DNA from: an uncultured Bacillota bacterium
GTDB taxonomy: Bacteria > Bacillota_I > Bacilli_A > RF39 > UBA660
Assembly (NCBI GenBank): GCA_900313725.1
Contig: OMSK01000024.1
Location: 1-41,527 of the forward strand
DNA: 41,527 bases
Direction of reading: 5' to 3'
A program made the translations under genes and the position numbers. The notes under the pieces were generated by a model, which did not search any database, was not told the origin of the DNA, and saw only the letters and a list, made by a program, of their open reading frames with translations. Shown here in pieces: positions 1 to 9,766 of the stretch; position 1 is the first letter of the stretch, and each line of letters starts with the position of its first letter.

Positions 1-1410
1 GGAACTGATGAACATGGAGAAAAAATAGAAAACAAGGCAAAAGAAAAAGGTATAACTCCTCAACAATATGTTGATGAAGCAACCGCTGAAATAAAACGTA
101 TTTGGAATTTAATGAATACTAGTTATGATAAATTCGTAAGAACAACAGATAAAACACATGAAGAAATTGTTCAACATATATTTAAAAAAATGTATGAAAA
201 GGATGATATTTATTTAGACAAATATGAAGGATGGTACTGTGTACCAGATGAATCTTTCTGGACAGAAACTCAAGTTGTTGAAAATGAAGATGGAGTTAAA
301 GTATGCCCAGATTGTGGTAGACCTGTTGAAAAGAAAAGTGAAGAATCATACTTCTTTAGATTAAGTAAATATCAAAAACAATTAGAAGAATATATAGAAA
401 GTCATCCTGAATTTATTCAACCAGAATCTAGAAAAAATGAAATGTTAAATAACTTTATTAAACCTGGATTACAAGATTTATGTGTTTCAAGAACTGCTTT
501 TTCATGGGGAATTCCAGTAGATTTTAATCCAAAACACGTTGTATATGTATGGCTAGATGCTTTAACTAACTATATTACTAATATTGGTTATGATATAGAT
601 GGTGGAAATGAAGAATTTAAAAAATGGTGGCCAGCTGATTTACATTTAATTGGTAAAGATATTATTAGATTTCATACAATTTATTGGCCATGTTTCTTAA
701 TGAGTTTAGATATACCAATGCCTAAACAAGTATTTGGACATCCTTGGTTAATTATGGCAGATGGTAAAATGTCAAAATCATTAGGTAATGTAGTTTATGC
801 TGATGACTTAGTAGAAAAATATGGAGTAGATGCTGTAAGATATTATTTCTTACATGAAATTCCATTTGCTAATGATGGTGTATTTACTGAAGATTTATTA
901 ATTGAAAGAATTAATGGTGATTTAGCTAATATCTTAGGTAACTTAGTAAATAGAACTATATCAATGAGTAATAAATATTTTGATGGTGAAGTTGCATCTA
1001 CTGGTGTAACCGATACTATGGATCAACCATTAAAAGACTTAGTAACTTCTTTAGGAGATAAGGTAAAAGATCATATGGATGAATTAAGAATAGCAGATTC
1101 AATTGATGATATATTTGAAGTATTAAGAGCATCTAATAAATATATTGATGAAACTATGCCATGGGTTTTAGCAAAAGATGAAACAAAACAAGATAGATTA
1201 AAAGAAGTATTATATAATTTAATTGAAAGTATTAGAGTATGTGCTGTTTATTTACAAGCATTTTTACCAGAAACAGCAGATAAGATTTTCTATCAAATAA
1301 ATACAGATATTAAATCTTATGATAGTACTAAAGAATTTGGTAAATATGTATCTGGTACTAAGGTAAATACTCCAGAAATATTATTTGCAAGAATTGATAA
1401 AGAAAAATAA
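1..1410 (+). CDS. metG: methionine--tRNA ligase, 5'-truncated by window edge
   Basis: Frame 1 is open from base 1 (GTDEHGEKIENKAKEKGITPQQYVDEA...) and continues into the listed ORF. It has the MetRS Zn-knuckle CPDCG and the KMSKS loop (DGKMSKSLGN). Stop is TAA at 1408-1410. It is the short form, with no C-terminal tRNA-binding (EMAP-like) domain. Confidence 0.95.
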   Translation, partial: GTDEHGEKIENKAKEKGITPQQYVDEATAEIKRIWNLMNTSYDKFVRTTDKTHEEIVQHIFKKMYEKDDIYLDKYEGWYCVPDESFWTETQVVENEDGVKVCPDCGRPVEKKSEESYFFRLSKYQKQLEEYIESHPEFIQPESRKNEMLNNFIKPGLQDLCVSRTAFSWGIPVDFNPKHVVYVWLDALTNYITNIGYDIDGGNEEFKKWWPADLHLIGKDIIRFHTIYWPCFLMSLDIPMPKQVFGHPWLIMADGKMSKSLGNVVYADDLVEKYGVDAVRYYFLHEIPFANDGVFTEDLLIERINGDLANILGNLVNRTISMSNKYFDGEVASTGVTDTMDQPLKDLVTSLGDKVKDHMDELRIADSIDDIFEVLRASNKYIDETMPWVLAKDETKQDRLKEVLYNLIESIRVCAVYLQAFLPETADKIFYQINTDIKSYDSTKEFGKYVSGTKVNTPEILFARIDKEK

Positions 1411-1437
1411 GAATTACAATTTGTAATTCTTTTTTTG
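1411..1437 (+). terminator. intrinsic terminator after metG
   Basis: Inverted repeat GAATTACAA/TTGTAATTC followed by T7. Confidence 0.75.
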
Positions 1438-1547
1438 TCAAAAAGTGTAAAATGTAACAATTTGTCGATAAAAAATTTCTAAAACTATTTGAAATGATTA
1501 TTATAATATGTTATATTTAACAAGGTGTATAAAGAAAGGATGAAATT

Positions 1548-1715
1548 ATGCCTAGTGAAAATGCTAAAGAGATGAAGTGTGTTGTAACATTTTTATCAAT
1601 TTTAAGCATAATAGTATTAGGTAGTTTTATAATTGATAGAGATATTAAGGATATATTATATTTATCATTTATAATTATTTATTTAATAAGATATTTATTA
1701 ATATGTCGAAAATAG
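1548..1715 (+). CDS. small hypothetical membrane protein (55 aa), not in ORF track
   Basis: ATG at 1548 is preceded by AAGGA at 1536-1540 (7 nt spacer); stop is TAG at 1713-1715. Translation is MPSENAKEMKCVVTFLSILSIIVLGSFIIDRDIKDILYLSFIIIYLIRYLLICRK, with two hydrophobic segments. It fills an otherwise empty 335-bp gap. Confidence 0.45.
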   Translation: MPSENAKEMKCVVTFLSILSIIVLGSFIIDRDIKDILYLSFIIIYLIRYLLICRK

Positions 1716-1757
1716 AAAATTATATCAAAATATGGTATAATTTTTTTGGTGGTTAAA

Positions 1758-2519
1758 ATGATTATAGATACACATTGTCATTTAGAAAAAAATGATTACC
1801 CAAATTTAGAAGAAATAATACATCATATGGATGGTAATATAATGATTGCTTCTGCTGACAATTTAAAATCTTCATATGAAGTAGATGAATTAACTAAAAA
1901 ATATGATAATATATATGGAACAATAGGATTTCATCCAACTGAATTAGAAGATTTTAATGAAAATACATTAAAAGAATTAGAAAAATTATTACAAAATAAA
2001 AAAATAGTAGGAATAGGAGAAATAGGATTAGATTATCATTATGGTAAAGAAGAATCTGAATTACAAAAAGATGCCTTTATTAAACAAATAGAATTAGCTA
2101 TAAAATATAATTTACCTATTGTAATACATAGTAGAGATGCAGCAGAAGATACATTAGAAATATTAAAAAAATATCCAAATATAAAAATGGATATGCATTG
2201 TTATGGATACTCATTAGAGGTAGCAAAACAATTATTAAAAATAAATCCACATATGAAATTTGGTATAGGTGGTGTTTTAACATTTAAAAACAGTAAAAAA
2301 TTAAAAGAAGTTGTTGAATATTTAGATATGTCAAACATATTATTAGAAACAGATAGTCCTTTTCTTGCTCCTGAACCATTAAGAGGAACAAAAAATGAAC
2401 CAGCAAATACTAAATATGTTGCAGAATATATTGCTAATATGAAAAATATTAGTTTAGAAGAAGTAAAAAAAATAACAACTACTAATGCTATTTCACAATT
2501 TGACTTAAAGATAAAATAA
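1758..2519 (+). CDS. tatD: TatD-family metal-dependent hydrolase/DNase (YabD-like)
   Basis: MIIDTHCHL N-terminus, a GEIGLDYH motif, and the IHSRDA and ETDSPFL motifs typical of TatD. The track start (TTG 1746) lies upstream of the GGTGG SD at 1748-1752, so ATG 1758 is preferred. Confidence 0.9.
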   Translation: MIIDTHCHLEKNDYPNLEEIIHHMDGNIMIASADNLKSSYEVDELTKKYDNIYGTIGFHPTELEDFNENTLKELEKLLQNKKIVGIGEIGLDYHYGKEESELQKDAFIKQIELAIKYNLPIVIHSRDAAEDTLEILKKYPNIKMDMHCYGYSLEVAKQLLKINPHMKFGIGGVLTFKNSKKLKEVVEYLDMSNILLETDSPFLAPEPLRGTKNEPANTKYVAEYIANMKNISLEEVKKITTTNAISQFDLKIK

Positions 2520-2552
2520 TGATATTATTTTGATATCTTAAGAGGTGAAAAT

Positions 2553-3242
2553 ATGAATTTATATTTAGTACAAATAATTATTAAATTCTTAAGAATGCTA
2601 TTTATTGCATTAATTTCATTTTTTAATATAACTATATACGCAGAAAGAGAAAATGTAGCTCAAAATGAATTAATAAATAAAGATAAATATGCTGTTAATG
2701 TGGTAGTTATAAAGGAAGAAAAAAAGGCTACTCCAATTAAAAAGAAAACAACTACAAATAAAACAAATATCATTCCAAAAGCGCAACCAAAAACAGAGAT
2801 AGCACAAGCTCCAGTTGCTAATCAAGAAGTAAATAATGTTTCAAAACAATCTGCTATTGAAACATTTACTGGTCGTTTAACTGGATATGGGCCTGATTGT
2901 GCTGGATGTAGTGGATATGGTAATTTGGCATGTCGTACTAAAGAAAAAGGTACATTTAGTTTAAAAACAAATGGAATATATTATAATGACAGTGAATATG
3001 GTAAAGTAAGAATTCTTGCTGCTGCTACTTCTAAATTCAGATGTGGAACAATAATTACTGTTACTAAAGAAGGACAACAACCATTTAATGCAGTAGTACT
3101 TGATACTGGTGGATCAATGAGAAAAGCTTGGGCAAATGGAAATGTTTGGATGGATTTGGCATATTCAACAGAAGCAATGGCAGGATCAGATAATTTGACA
3201 GGCCATAATATAAAATTTGAAGTACAAAGATATGGGTGGTAA
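2553..3242 (+). CDS. secreted or anchored 3D-domain (RlpA/MltA-like DPBB) cell-wall protein, YabE-like
   Basis: An N-terminal hydrophobic anchor is followed by a K/T/Q-rich linker. The C-terminus (TGRLTGYGPDCAGCSG...VVLDTGG...MDLAY) resembles 3D-domain proteins. Its position between tatD and rsmA matches B. subtilis yabE. Confidence 0.72.
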   Translation: MNLYLVQIIIKFLRMLFIALISFFNITIYAERENVAQNELINKDKYAVNVVVIKEEKKATPIKKKTTTNKTNIIPKAQPKTEIAQAPVANQEVNNVSKQSAIETFTGRLTGYGPDCAGCSGYGNLACRTKEKGTFSLKTNGIYYNDSEYGKVRILAAATSKFRCGTIITVTKEGQQPFNAVVLDTGGSMRKAWANGNVWMDLAYSTEAMAGSDNLTGHNIKFEVQRYGW

Positions 3243-3303
3243 TCATATCTTTTTTCTTGTAAAAATATAAAATATTATATATAATACTATTGGATGTGAT
3301 TTT

Positions 3304-4128
3304 ATGAATTATTCACCAATAAAAATGAAAGAATTATTAGAAAAACATGGCTTTAATTTAAAAAAAATGTTTGGACAAAACTTTATTGTAGATGAAAATA
3401 TAATTAATAGTATAATTAATGTTTCAAATATTGATAAAGATACTTTAGTAATAGAAATAGGTCCTGGAGCAGGTTCTTTAACTTATAAATTAGCACAATC
3501 TGCTAAAGAAGTATTATGTTATGAAATTGATACAACATTAAAAGATGTACTTAATGAAACATTAAAGGATTGTACTAATGTTAAAATAATATATGAAGAT
3601 TTTTTAAAGGCTAATGTAATAGATGAATTAAAAAATCATGATTATAATAAATTGTATGTAGTCGCAAATCTACCATACTATATAACTACACCAATAATTG
3701 TTAAAATAATTGAAGATGGTATTGATGTAGATAAAATGGATTTAATGGTACAAAAAGAAGTAGGAGATAGATTTAAAGCTAAACCAGGTACAAAAGATTA
3801 TTCTTCATTATCTATATATTTAAATTATTATTTTAATGTTAAAAAAGTATTAGATATAAGTAAAAATGTATTTTTACCTAAACCTAATGTAGATAGTATA
3901 GTAGTAGAATTTAGTAAGAAAGAAAAAATTGAATTAAATAATAAAGAGTTATTCTTTAAATTAGTAAGAGATTCATTCACTCAAAAAAGAAAAACACTAC
4001 GTAATAATTTAAAAGAATATGATTTAAATAAAATAGAAGAAATACTAAAAAAATATAACTATGATTTATCTGTTAGAGCAGAACAATTAGATATAGATAT
4101 ATTTATTGATATAGCAAATAATCTATAA
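3304..4128 (+). CDS. rsmA: 16S rRNA (adenine1518/1519-N6)-dimethyltransferase
   Basis: FGQNFI motif, SAM-binding EIGPGAGSLT and NLPYYITTPI motif; length is 274 aa. Confidence 0.95.
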   Translation: MNYSPIKMKELLEKHGFNLKKMFGQNFIVDENIINSIINVSNIDKDTLVIEIGPGAGSLTYKLAQSAKEVLCYEIDTTLKDVLNETLKDCTNVKIIYEDFLKANVIDELKNHDYNKLYVVANLPYYITTPIIVKIIEDGIDVDKMDLMVQKEVGDRFKAKPGTKDYSSLSIYLNYYFNVKKVLDISKNVFLPKPNVDSIVVEFSKKEKIELNNKELFFKLVRDSFTQKRKTLRNNLKEYDLNKIEEILKKYNYDLSVRAEQLDIDIFIDIANNL

Positions 4129-4148
4129 AGAACTAATTGTTCTTTTTT
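4127..4148 (+). terminator. intrinsic terminator after rsmA
   Basis: Stem AAAGAAC/GTTCTTT with a 5-nt loop, then a T-run; it overlaps the stop codon. Confidence 0.6.
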
Positions 4149-4193
4149 ATTGTTTATTAATTAAAAATATATTACAATATAAGTGGTGGTATT

Positions 4194-4844
4194 ATGATTA
4201 ATAAGAAATGGGATATAATGCTTAAAGATGAAATGAAAAAGGATTATTTTAAAGATTTAGGTATATTTGTAAAAAATGAATATAAAAATAAAATAATATA
4301 TCCTGAATATAAAAATATTTTTAATGCTTTAAGATATACTGACTATGATGAGGTAAAGGTCGTAATTTTAGGACAAGATCCATATCATGGAGAACATGAA
4401 GCACATGGACTTTCATTTTCAGTTCCTGAAGGAGTAAAAATTCCACCATCTCTATTAAATATTTTTAAGGAATTAAATAATGATTTAGGTATTAAAAGGA
4501 CAAAAACAGATTTAACAGATTGGGCTAAACAAGGAGTATTACTTTTAAATTCAATTATGACAGTTGTAAAAGATAGTCCTTTATCTCATAAAAGTAAAGG
4601 ATGGGAAATATTTACTGATAAATTAATAGAATTACTAGGAGAAAGAGAAGAACCTATGGTATTTATACTATGGGGAAGTTATGCTAGAAGCAAAAAGGAA
4701 TTAATAAAAAATAAAAAACATTTAATAATAGAGAGTGTACATCCTTCACCTTTATCTGCAAGTAGAGGTTTCTTTGGTAGTAAACCATTTTCTAAAACCA
4801 ATAATTTTTTATTAAAAAATAACATAAAAACTATTGATTGGTAA
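4194..4844 (+). CDS. ung: uracil-DNA glycosylase (family 1)
   Basis: GQDPYH water-activating loop and HPSPLSA leucine-loop motif; 216 aa. Confidence 0.95.
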   Translation: MINKKWDIMLKDEMKKDYFKDLGIFVKNEYKNKIIYPEYKNIFNALRYTDYDEVKVVILGQDPYHGEHEAHGLSFSVPEGVKIPPSLLNIFKELNNDLGIKRTKTDLTDWAKQGVLLLNSIMTVVKDSPLSHKSKGWEIFTDKLIELLGEREEPMVFILWGSYARSKKELIKNKKHLIIESVHPSPLSASRGFFGSKPFSKTNNFLLKNNIKTIDW

Positions 4845-4879
4845 TTAATTTTATTATAAAATAACGTTCAGGTGATTTG

Positions 4880-6214
4880 ATGGAAAGAGCATATCAATTT
4901 TTAAAAGAAATAATAAATGAAAATGATACCGTAGTAGTAGCTGTTTCAGCAGGACCAGACTCTATGGCTCTTTTTGATACATTAATATCACTAAAACATG
5001 AAAAAAACATTAATATTATATGTGCTCATGTAAATCATAATACGGGTAGATTTGGTCAAGATGAAGAACAATCATATGTAGAAGAATATTGTAAAAACAA
5101 TAATATAGTATTTGAATTATATAAAATTAAAGATTATAGTAATGATAATTTTGAAAGTGAAGCACGAGATAAAAGATATAATTTCTTTGAAGAATTAATA
5201 AAAAAATATAAAGCTAAATATTTATTAACAGCTCATCATGGTGATGATTTAATGGAAACTATTTTAATGCGAATTGTTAGAGGTTCTACATTAAGAGGAT
5301 ATAGTGGTTTTTCTAAAGTAGTGGAAAAAGAAAACTACACAATATTAAGACCATTAATAGAAACAACTAAAGATGAAATAATTAAGTATTTAGAAGATAA
5401 AAAGATTAAATTTTATACAGATTATACTAATTTAGAAGAAGAACATACTAGAAATAGATATCGTAAATATATATTACCTAGACTAAAAAAAGAAGATAAA
5501 AATGTCCATTTAAAATTTTTAAAATATAGTAATTTATTACAAGAATATGATAATTATATAAAAAAAGAAACAAATAAAATAATAAAAAATATATATGTTA
5601 ATGATAAATTAAACATAACTGAATTTAATAAACTAGAATACATAATTAAAATAAATATAATTTACTATATTTTAGAAGAAAAATATGATAAAGAATTAAC
5701 TAATATTACAGATAATCATATAGAATTAATACTAGATTTAATAGAATCGAATAAAAAAAATACATTTATTGATTTACCTGGTAATATTAAATTAATAAAA
5801 AAATATGATTATTTAGAGTTTAAATATGATGATAATAATATAGTAGATTATAAAATAGAATTAACAGAAACAAACAAATTGCCTAATGGATATAAAATAG
5901 ACATAATTGATTCTTCAGATAATAATAGCAATTATATATGTAGATTAAATAAATCAGATATAAAACTACCATTATATATTAGAAACAGAATAGATGGAGA
6001 CAAAATAGAAATTAAAAATTTAAATGGAAGTAAAAAAATAAAAGATATATTTATAGATAAAAAGATTGATATAGAAAAAAGAAATATGTGGCCTGTTGTA
6101 GTAGATTCAAATGACACTATAGTTTGGTTACCTGGACTTAAAAAATCTAAATTTGATAAGCAAAAAACAGAAAAATGTGATATAATACTTAAGTACTACA
6201 TAGAGGAGGAATAA
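4880..6214 (+). CDS. tilS: tRNA(Ile)-lysidine synthetase
   Basis: PP-loop SAGPDS motif near the N-terminus, about 444 aa, immediately upstream of ftsH as in most Bacillota. ATG 4880 fits the AGGTGAT SD (4870-4876) better than the track's TTG 4877. Confidence 0.9.
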   Translation: MERAYQFLKEIINENDTVVVAVSAGPDSMALFDTLISLKHEKNINIICAHVNHNTGRFGQDEEQSYVEEYCKNNNIVFELYKIKDYSNDNFESEARDKRYNFFEELIKKYKAKYLLTAHHGDDLMETILMRIVRGSTLRGYSGFSKVVEKENYTILRPLIETTKDEIIKYLEDKKIKFYTDYTNLEEEHTRNRYRKYILPRLKKEDKNVHLKFLKYSNLLQEYDNYIKKETNKIIKNIYVNDKLNITEFNKLEYIIKINIIYYILEEKYDKELTNITDNHIELILDLIESNKKNTFIDLPGNIKLIKKYDYLEFKYDDNNIVDYKIELTETNKLPNGYKIDIIDSSDNNSNYICRLNKSDIKLPLYIRNRIDGDKIEIKNLNGSKKIKDIFIDKKIDIEKRNMWPVVVDSNDTIVWLPGLKKSKFDKQKTEKCDIILKYYIEEE

Positions 6215-6215
6215 A

Positions 6216-8201
6216 ATGAATAAAAAATCAGTAAAAAAAGGATTAACTCCATATATAGCAATTTTACTTATTATGGTAGCTATTCTTTATTTTATAAGTG
6301 CGAATAATAAAAAAATAAATTATTTAACATATGATAAATTCATTAGTCATATGAATAGTGGAGATATTAAAAATATTAAGATTACTCCAAAAAGCAATGC
6401 TAGAGTATATGAAATAAGTGGTAAATTAAAAGATTATAAAGAAGAAGAAAGTTTCTTTGTAAGAGCACCACTAGCAGAAGAAGTAATGTCACAAATAATA
6501 CAAGGTGAACAGTTAAATACATTTGAAATAAAAACAGCTGCTGATCCATCATCAAGTACATTGCTTGCTATTTTAGTAAATGTCGGACCAATTCTATTAT
6601 TTGCTTTAATCGCATTCTTCTTTATATCTAGACAAATGAAATCTACTAATAGTTCAATGGATTTTGGAAAAAGTAGAGCTCGTTTAAGTGAAGATAAAAA
6701 TAAAGTTACATTTGATAATGTAGCTGGATTAAAAGAAGAAAAAGAAGAAGTACAAGAATTAATAGATTTCTTAAAAGCACCAGCTAAATTCCAAAAATTA
6801 GGTGCTAGAATACCAAAAGGAGTATTATTAGTTGGTCCTCCAGGTACTGGTAAAACATTACTAGCTAGAGCTGTTGCTGGAGAAGCAAATGTTCCATTCT
6901 ACTTTATAAGTGGTTCTGATTTTGTTGAATTATTTGTCGGTGTAGGAGCATCTCGTGTTAGAGATATGTTTAAACAAGCAAAACATAATGCACCATGTTT
7001 AATATTTATAGATGAAATAGACGCAGTTGGGCGTCAAAGAGGAACTGGTTTAGGTGGAGGTCATGATGAAAGAGAACAAACTTTAAACCAATTACTTACA
7101 GAAATGGATGGGTTTGGAGCTAACGAAGGTATTATTATTATAGCTGCTACAAATAGACCAGACGTATTAGATCCAGCATTATTAAGACCAGGAAGATTTG
7201 ATAGACAAGTACAAGTCGCTCTACCAGATGTTAAAGGTAGAGAAGAAATACTTCAAGTACATGCAAGAAATAAAATATTTGCTAAAGGTGTAAAATTAGA
7301 AAATATTGCTAGTAGAACAGTTGGATTTAGTGGAGCTGATCTAGAAAACTTACTTAATGAAGCAGCACTACTTGCTGTTAGAAGAAATAAAAAAGCTATT
7401 ACAATGGCTGAAATTGATGAAGCACATGATAGAGTGTTAATGGGTCCAGCTAAAGTAAGTAAAAAATATACAGAAAAAGAAAAACAAGTTGTAGCTTTCC
7501 ATGAAGCAGGACATGCTGTACTTGGTATAAAATTAGAAAGTGCTAATGAAGTACAGAAAGTAACAATTATACCTAGAGGGGATGCTGGAGGATATAATTT
7601 AATGCTTCCAAAACAAGAAACATTCCTATCTACTAAAACAGAATTATTAGAAACAGTATGTGGATTACTTGGTGGTAGAATAGCTGAAGAATTAGTCTTT
7701 GGTGAAATAACAACCGGTGCTCATAATGACTTTGAAAAAGCAACTAAAATAGTTAGAGCTATGGTTACTGAATATGGTATGTCATCATTAGGACCAATTC
7801 AATTAGAACAACAACAAGGTAGTGTATTCTTAGGTAGAGATTATAATAAGAGTCGTAATTTTTCATCTCAAGTAGCATATGAAATAGACCAAGAAATGAG
7901 AAAAATAATTGATGAATGTTATGCAAAGGCAACTAAAATAATAAAAGAAAATAGAAAATTATTAGATTTAATTGCCAATACTTTACTTGAATATGAAACA
8001 TTAACAAAAGAACAAATTAAATATTTAGTTGAAAATGGATGTATGCCTGATGAAGATGGTGAAGTAGATAAAAGTGATTTTGAAGAAGCATCTTTAAAGG
8101 ATTTAAGTTTAAATGAATTAAAAGAATTAGCAAAAGAAAAGAAAATAAAAGGTTATTCTAAAATGAATAAAGAAGAATTAATAAAAGAACTAGAAGACTA
8201 G
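6216..8201 (+). CDS. ftsH: ATP-dependent zinc metalloprotease FtsH
   Basis: Two N-terminal TM segments, Walker A GPPGTGKT, the SRH region, and the zinc motif HEAGHA. The start lies 1 nt after the tilS stop. A C-terminal extension is described in the findings. Confidence 0.97.
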   Translation: MNKKSVKKGLTPYIAILLIMVAILYFISANNKKINYLTYDKFISHMNSGDIKNIKITPKSNARVYEISGKLKDYKEEESFFVRAPLAEEVMSQIIQGEQLNTFEIKTAADPSSSTLLAILVNVGPILLFALIAFFFISRQMKSTNSSMDFGKSRARLSEDKNKVTFDNVAGLKEEKEEVQELIDFLKAPAKFQKLGARIPKGVLLVGPPGTGKTLLARAVAGEANVPFYFISGSDFVELFVGVGASRVRDMFKQAKHNAPCLIFIDEIDAVGRQRGTGLGGGHDEREQTLNQLLTEMDGFGANEGIIIIAATNRPDVLDPALLRPGRFDRQVQVALPDVKGREEILQVHARNKIFAKGVKLENIASRTVGFSGADLENLLNEAALLAVRRNKKAITMAEIDEAHDRVLMGPAKVSKKYTEKEKQVVAFHEAGHAVLGIKLESANEVQKVTIIPRGDAGGYNLMLPKQETFLSTKTELLETVCGLLGGRIAEELVFGEITTGAHNDFEKATKIVRAMVTEYGMSSLGPIQLEQQQGSVFLGRDYNKSRNFSSQVAYEIDQEMRKIIDECYAKATKIIKENRKLLDLIANTLLEYETLTKEQIKYLVENGCMPDEDGEVDKSDFEEASLKDLSLNELKELAKEKKIKGYSKMNKEELIKELED

Positions 8202-8211
8202 TTCTTTTTTT
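8184..8211 (+). terminator. intrinsic terminator overlapping the ftsH stop
   Basis: 10-bp stem AAAGAACTAG/CTAGTTCTTT, loop AAGA, followed by a T-run. Confidence 0.75.
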
Positions 8212-8237
8212 GATATAATATATAGGGAAGTGATAAT

Positions 8238-8873
8238 ATGGCATCATCAATGATTCATATTGCAGTCGCAAGTGAATTAAATAAAAAATTAAATAGAGAT
8301 AAATCTAAATTATTAATTGGTACAATTGCTCCAGATATTTCAAAATTAATAGGAGAATCTAAAAGAATTACACATTTTGTTAATGATGAAACCGAATCAG
8401 ATAGTATTCCTGATTTAGATTTATTTTTAAAAAAATACAAAAATAAAATAAATGATGATTTTGTATTAGGATACTATATTCATTTATTTACTGATTATTT
8501 ATGGTTCAAGTATTTTTTAACAGAAATATGGACAGAAGATATGATTACAAAGTTAGATGGTACAGTAGTAAAATGTGAAGGAAGAATGGCATTACAATAT
8601 ATTTATAATGATTATACAAATTTAAATATAAATCTAATAGATGATTATAATTTAGATTTAAAAATATTTTATAATGAAATACCAGAAATTGAAAATATAA
8701 TAACTGAAATACCAATGAATAAATTATTTTTAATAGTAGATAAAGCTGGGGAAATAATAGAAAATACTAAAGTACATAAAGATATGGTTTTTAATATGAA
8801 AAATGTACATAAATTTATAGAAACCACTATTGATTTGATAACTGATAATTTAAAAGAATTAAATGTATTATAA
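8238..8873 (+). CDS. hypothetical protein (possibly a zinc-dependent phospholipase C-like fold)
   Basis: 211-aa ORF with an SD-like GGGAAGTGA upstream. The N-terminal MIHIAVA...APDISK...THF and IHLFTDYLW pattern is reminiscent of the Zn_dep_PLPC family, but this is unverified. Confidence 0.55.
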   Translation: MASSMIHIAVASELNKKLNRDKSKLLIGTIAPDISKLIGESKRITHFVNDETESDSIPDLDLFLKKYKNKINDDFVLGYYIHLFTDYLWFKYFLTEIWTEDMITKLDGTVVKCEGRMALQYIYNDYTNLNINLIDDYNLDLKIFYNEIPEIENIITEIPMNKLFLIVDKAGEIIENTKVHKDMVFNMKNVHKFIETTIDLITDNLKELNVL

Positions 8874-8898
8874 ATCTCTATTTTAATAATAGAGATTT
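8871..8898 (+). terminator. intrinsic terminator
   Basis: 11-bp stem AAATCTCTATT/AATAGAGATTT overlapping the stop codon; the trailing T-run is short. Confidence 0.6.
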
Positions 8899-8980
8899 TA
8901 ATTATTAATTTATCAATAAAGGTAGAAAAGAAATTAAAAATATGATAAAATTATATATAGTGTAAATAGAAGGTGATAGT

Positions 8981-9766
8981 ATGGGTAAAGTTATTGCTTT
9001 AGTTAATCAAAAAGGTGGTGTAGGTAAAACTACTACCAGTATAAATTTAGCAGCTTCACTAGGTGCATTAAAGAAAAAAGTGTTATTAATAGATTTAGAT
9101 CCACAAGGAAATTCAACTACAGGATTAGGAATTAACAAAAAAGATTATGATAAAAGTTTATATGAACTTTTAAAAGATGAAGCAACATTACAAGAATCTA
9201 TAATTAAAACTAAATTTAAAAATTTGTATATTATTCCAGCTACAGTTAACCTTGCTGGTGTTATATATGAATTAAATGAGATGTCAAGAAAAGATCCATC
9301 TTTTTCAAGTAAAGGTCAATTAAAAAAATATATGGATCAAGCTAAGGAAGTATTTGATTATATTTTAATTGATTGCCCTCCAACATTAGGAGAATTAAAT
9401 ACGCTAGCTTTAACAGCATCTGATTCTGTTATAATTCCAGTACAATGTGAATTCTTCGCACTTGAAGGAATAATGCAACTGTTAAATACAATTAGATTAA
9501 CACAAAGAAAATTAAATCCAACATTAGGTATTGAAGGAGTATTATTAACAATGTTAGATGCTAGAACTAACTTAGGATTAGAAGTAGTAGAAGAAATAAA
9601 AAGCTATTTTACGGATAAAGTATATGATACAATTATTCCAAGATTAGTTAAGCTTTCAGAAGCACCAAGTCATGGTAAACCAATCTTAGAATATGATCCA
9701 AATAGTAGGGGAACAGAAGCTTATATAAATTTGGCTAAGGAAGTGATTAATAGAAATGGAAACTAA
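8981..9766 (+). CDS. parA: chromosome partitioning ATPase ParA/Soj
   Basis: Deviant Walker A KGGVGKTT plus the IDCPP and EAPSHGKP motifs; overlaps parB by 11 nt. Confidence 0.93.
   Translation: MGKVIALVNQKGGVGKTTTSINLAASLGALKKKVLLIDLDPQGNSTTGLGINKKDYDKSLYELLKDEATLQESIIKTKFKNLYIIPATVNLAGVIYELNEMSRKDPSFSSKGQLKKYMDQAKEVFDYILIDCPPTLGELNTLALTASDSVIIPVQCEFFALEGIMQLLNTIRLTQRKLNPTLGIEGVLLTMLDARTNLGLEVVEEIKSYFTDKVYDTIIPRLVKLSEAPSHGKPILEYDPNSRGTEAYINLAKEVINRNGN

Noticed and set aside
5932-6117. 61-aa minus-strand ORF inside tilS.
   Set aside because: It is antisense to a well-supported CDS, has low-complexity I/F/L/S composition typical of AT-rich shadow frames, and has no SD.
8255-8440. 61-aa minus-strand ORF inside 8238..8873.
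   Set aside because: It is a shadow ORF fully contained in the sense gene, with no SD or promoter.
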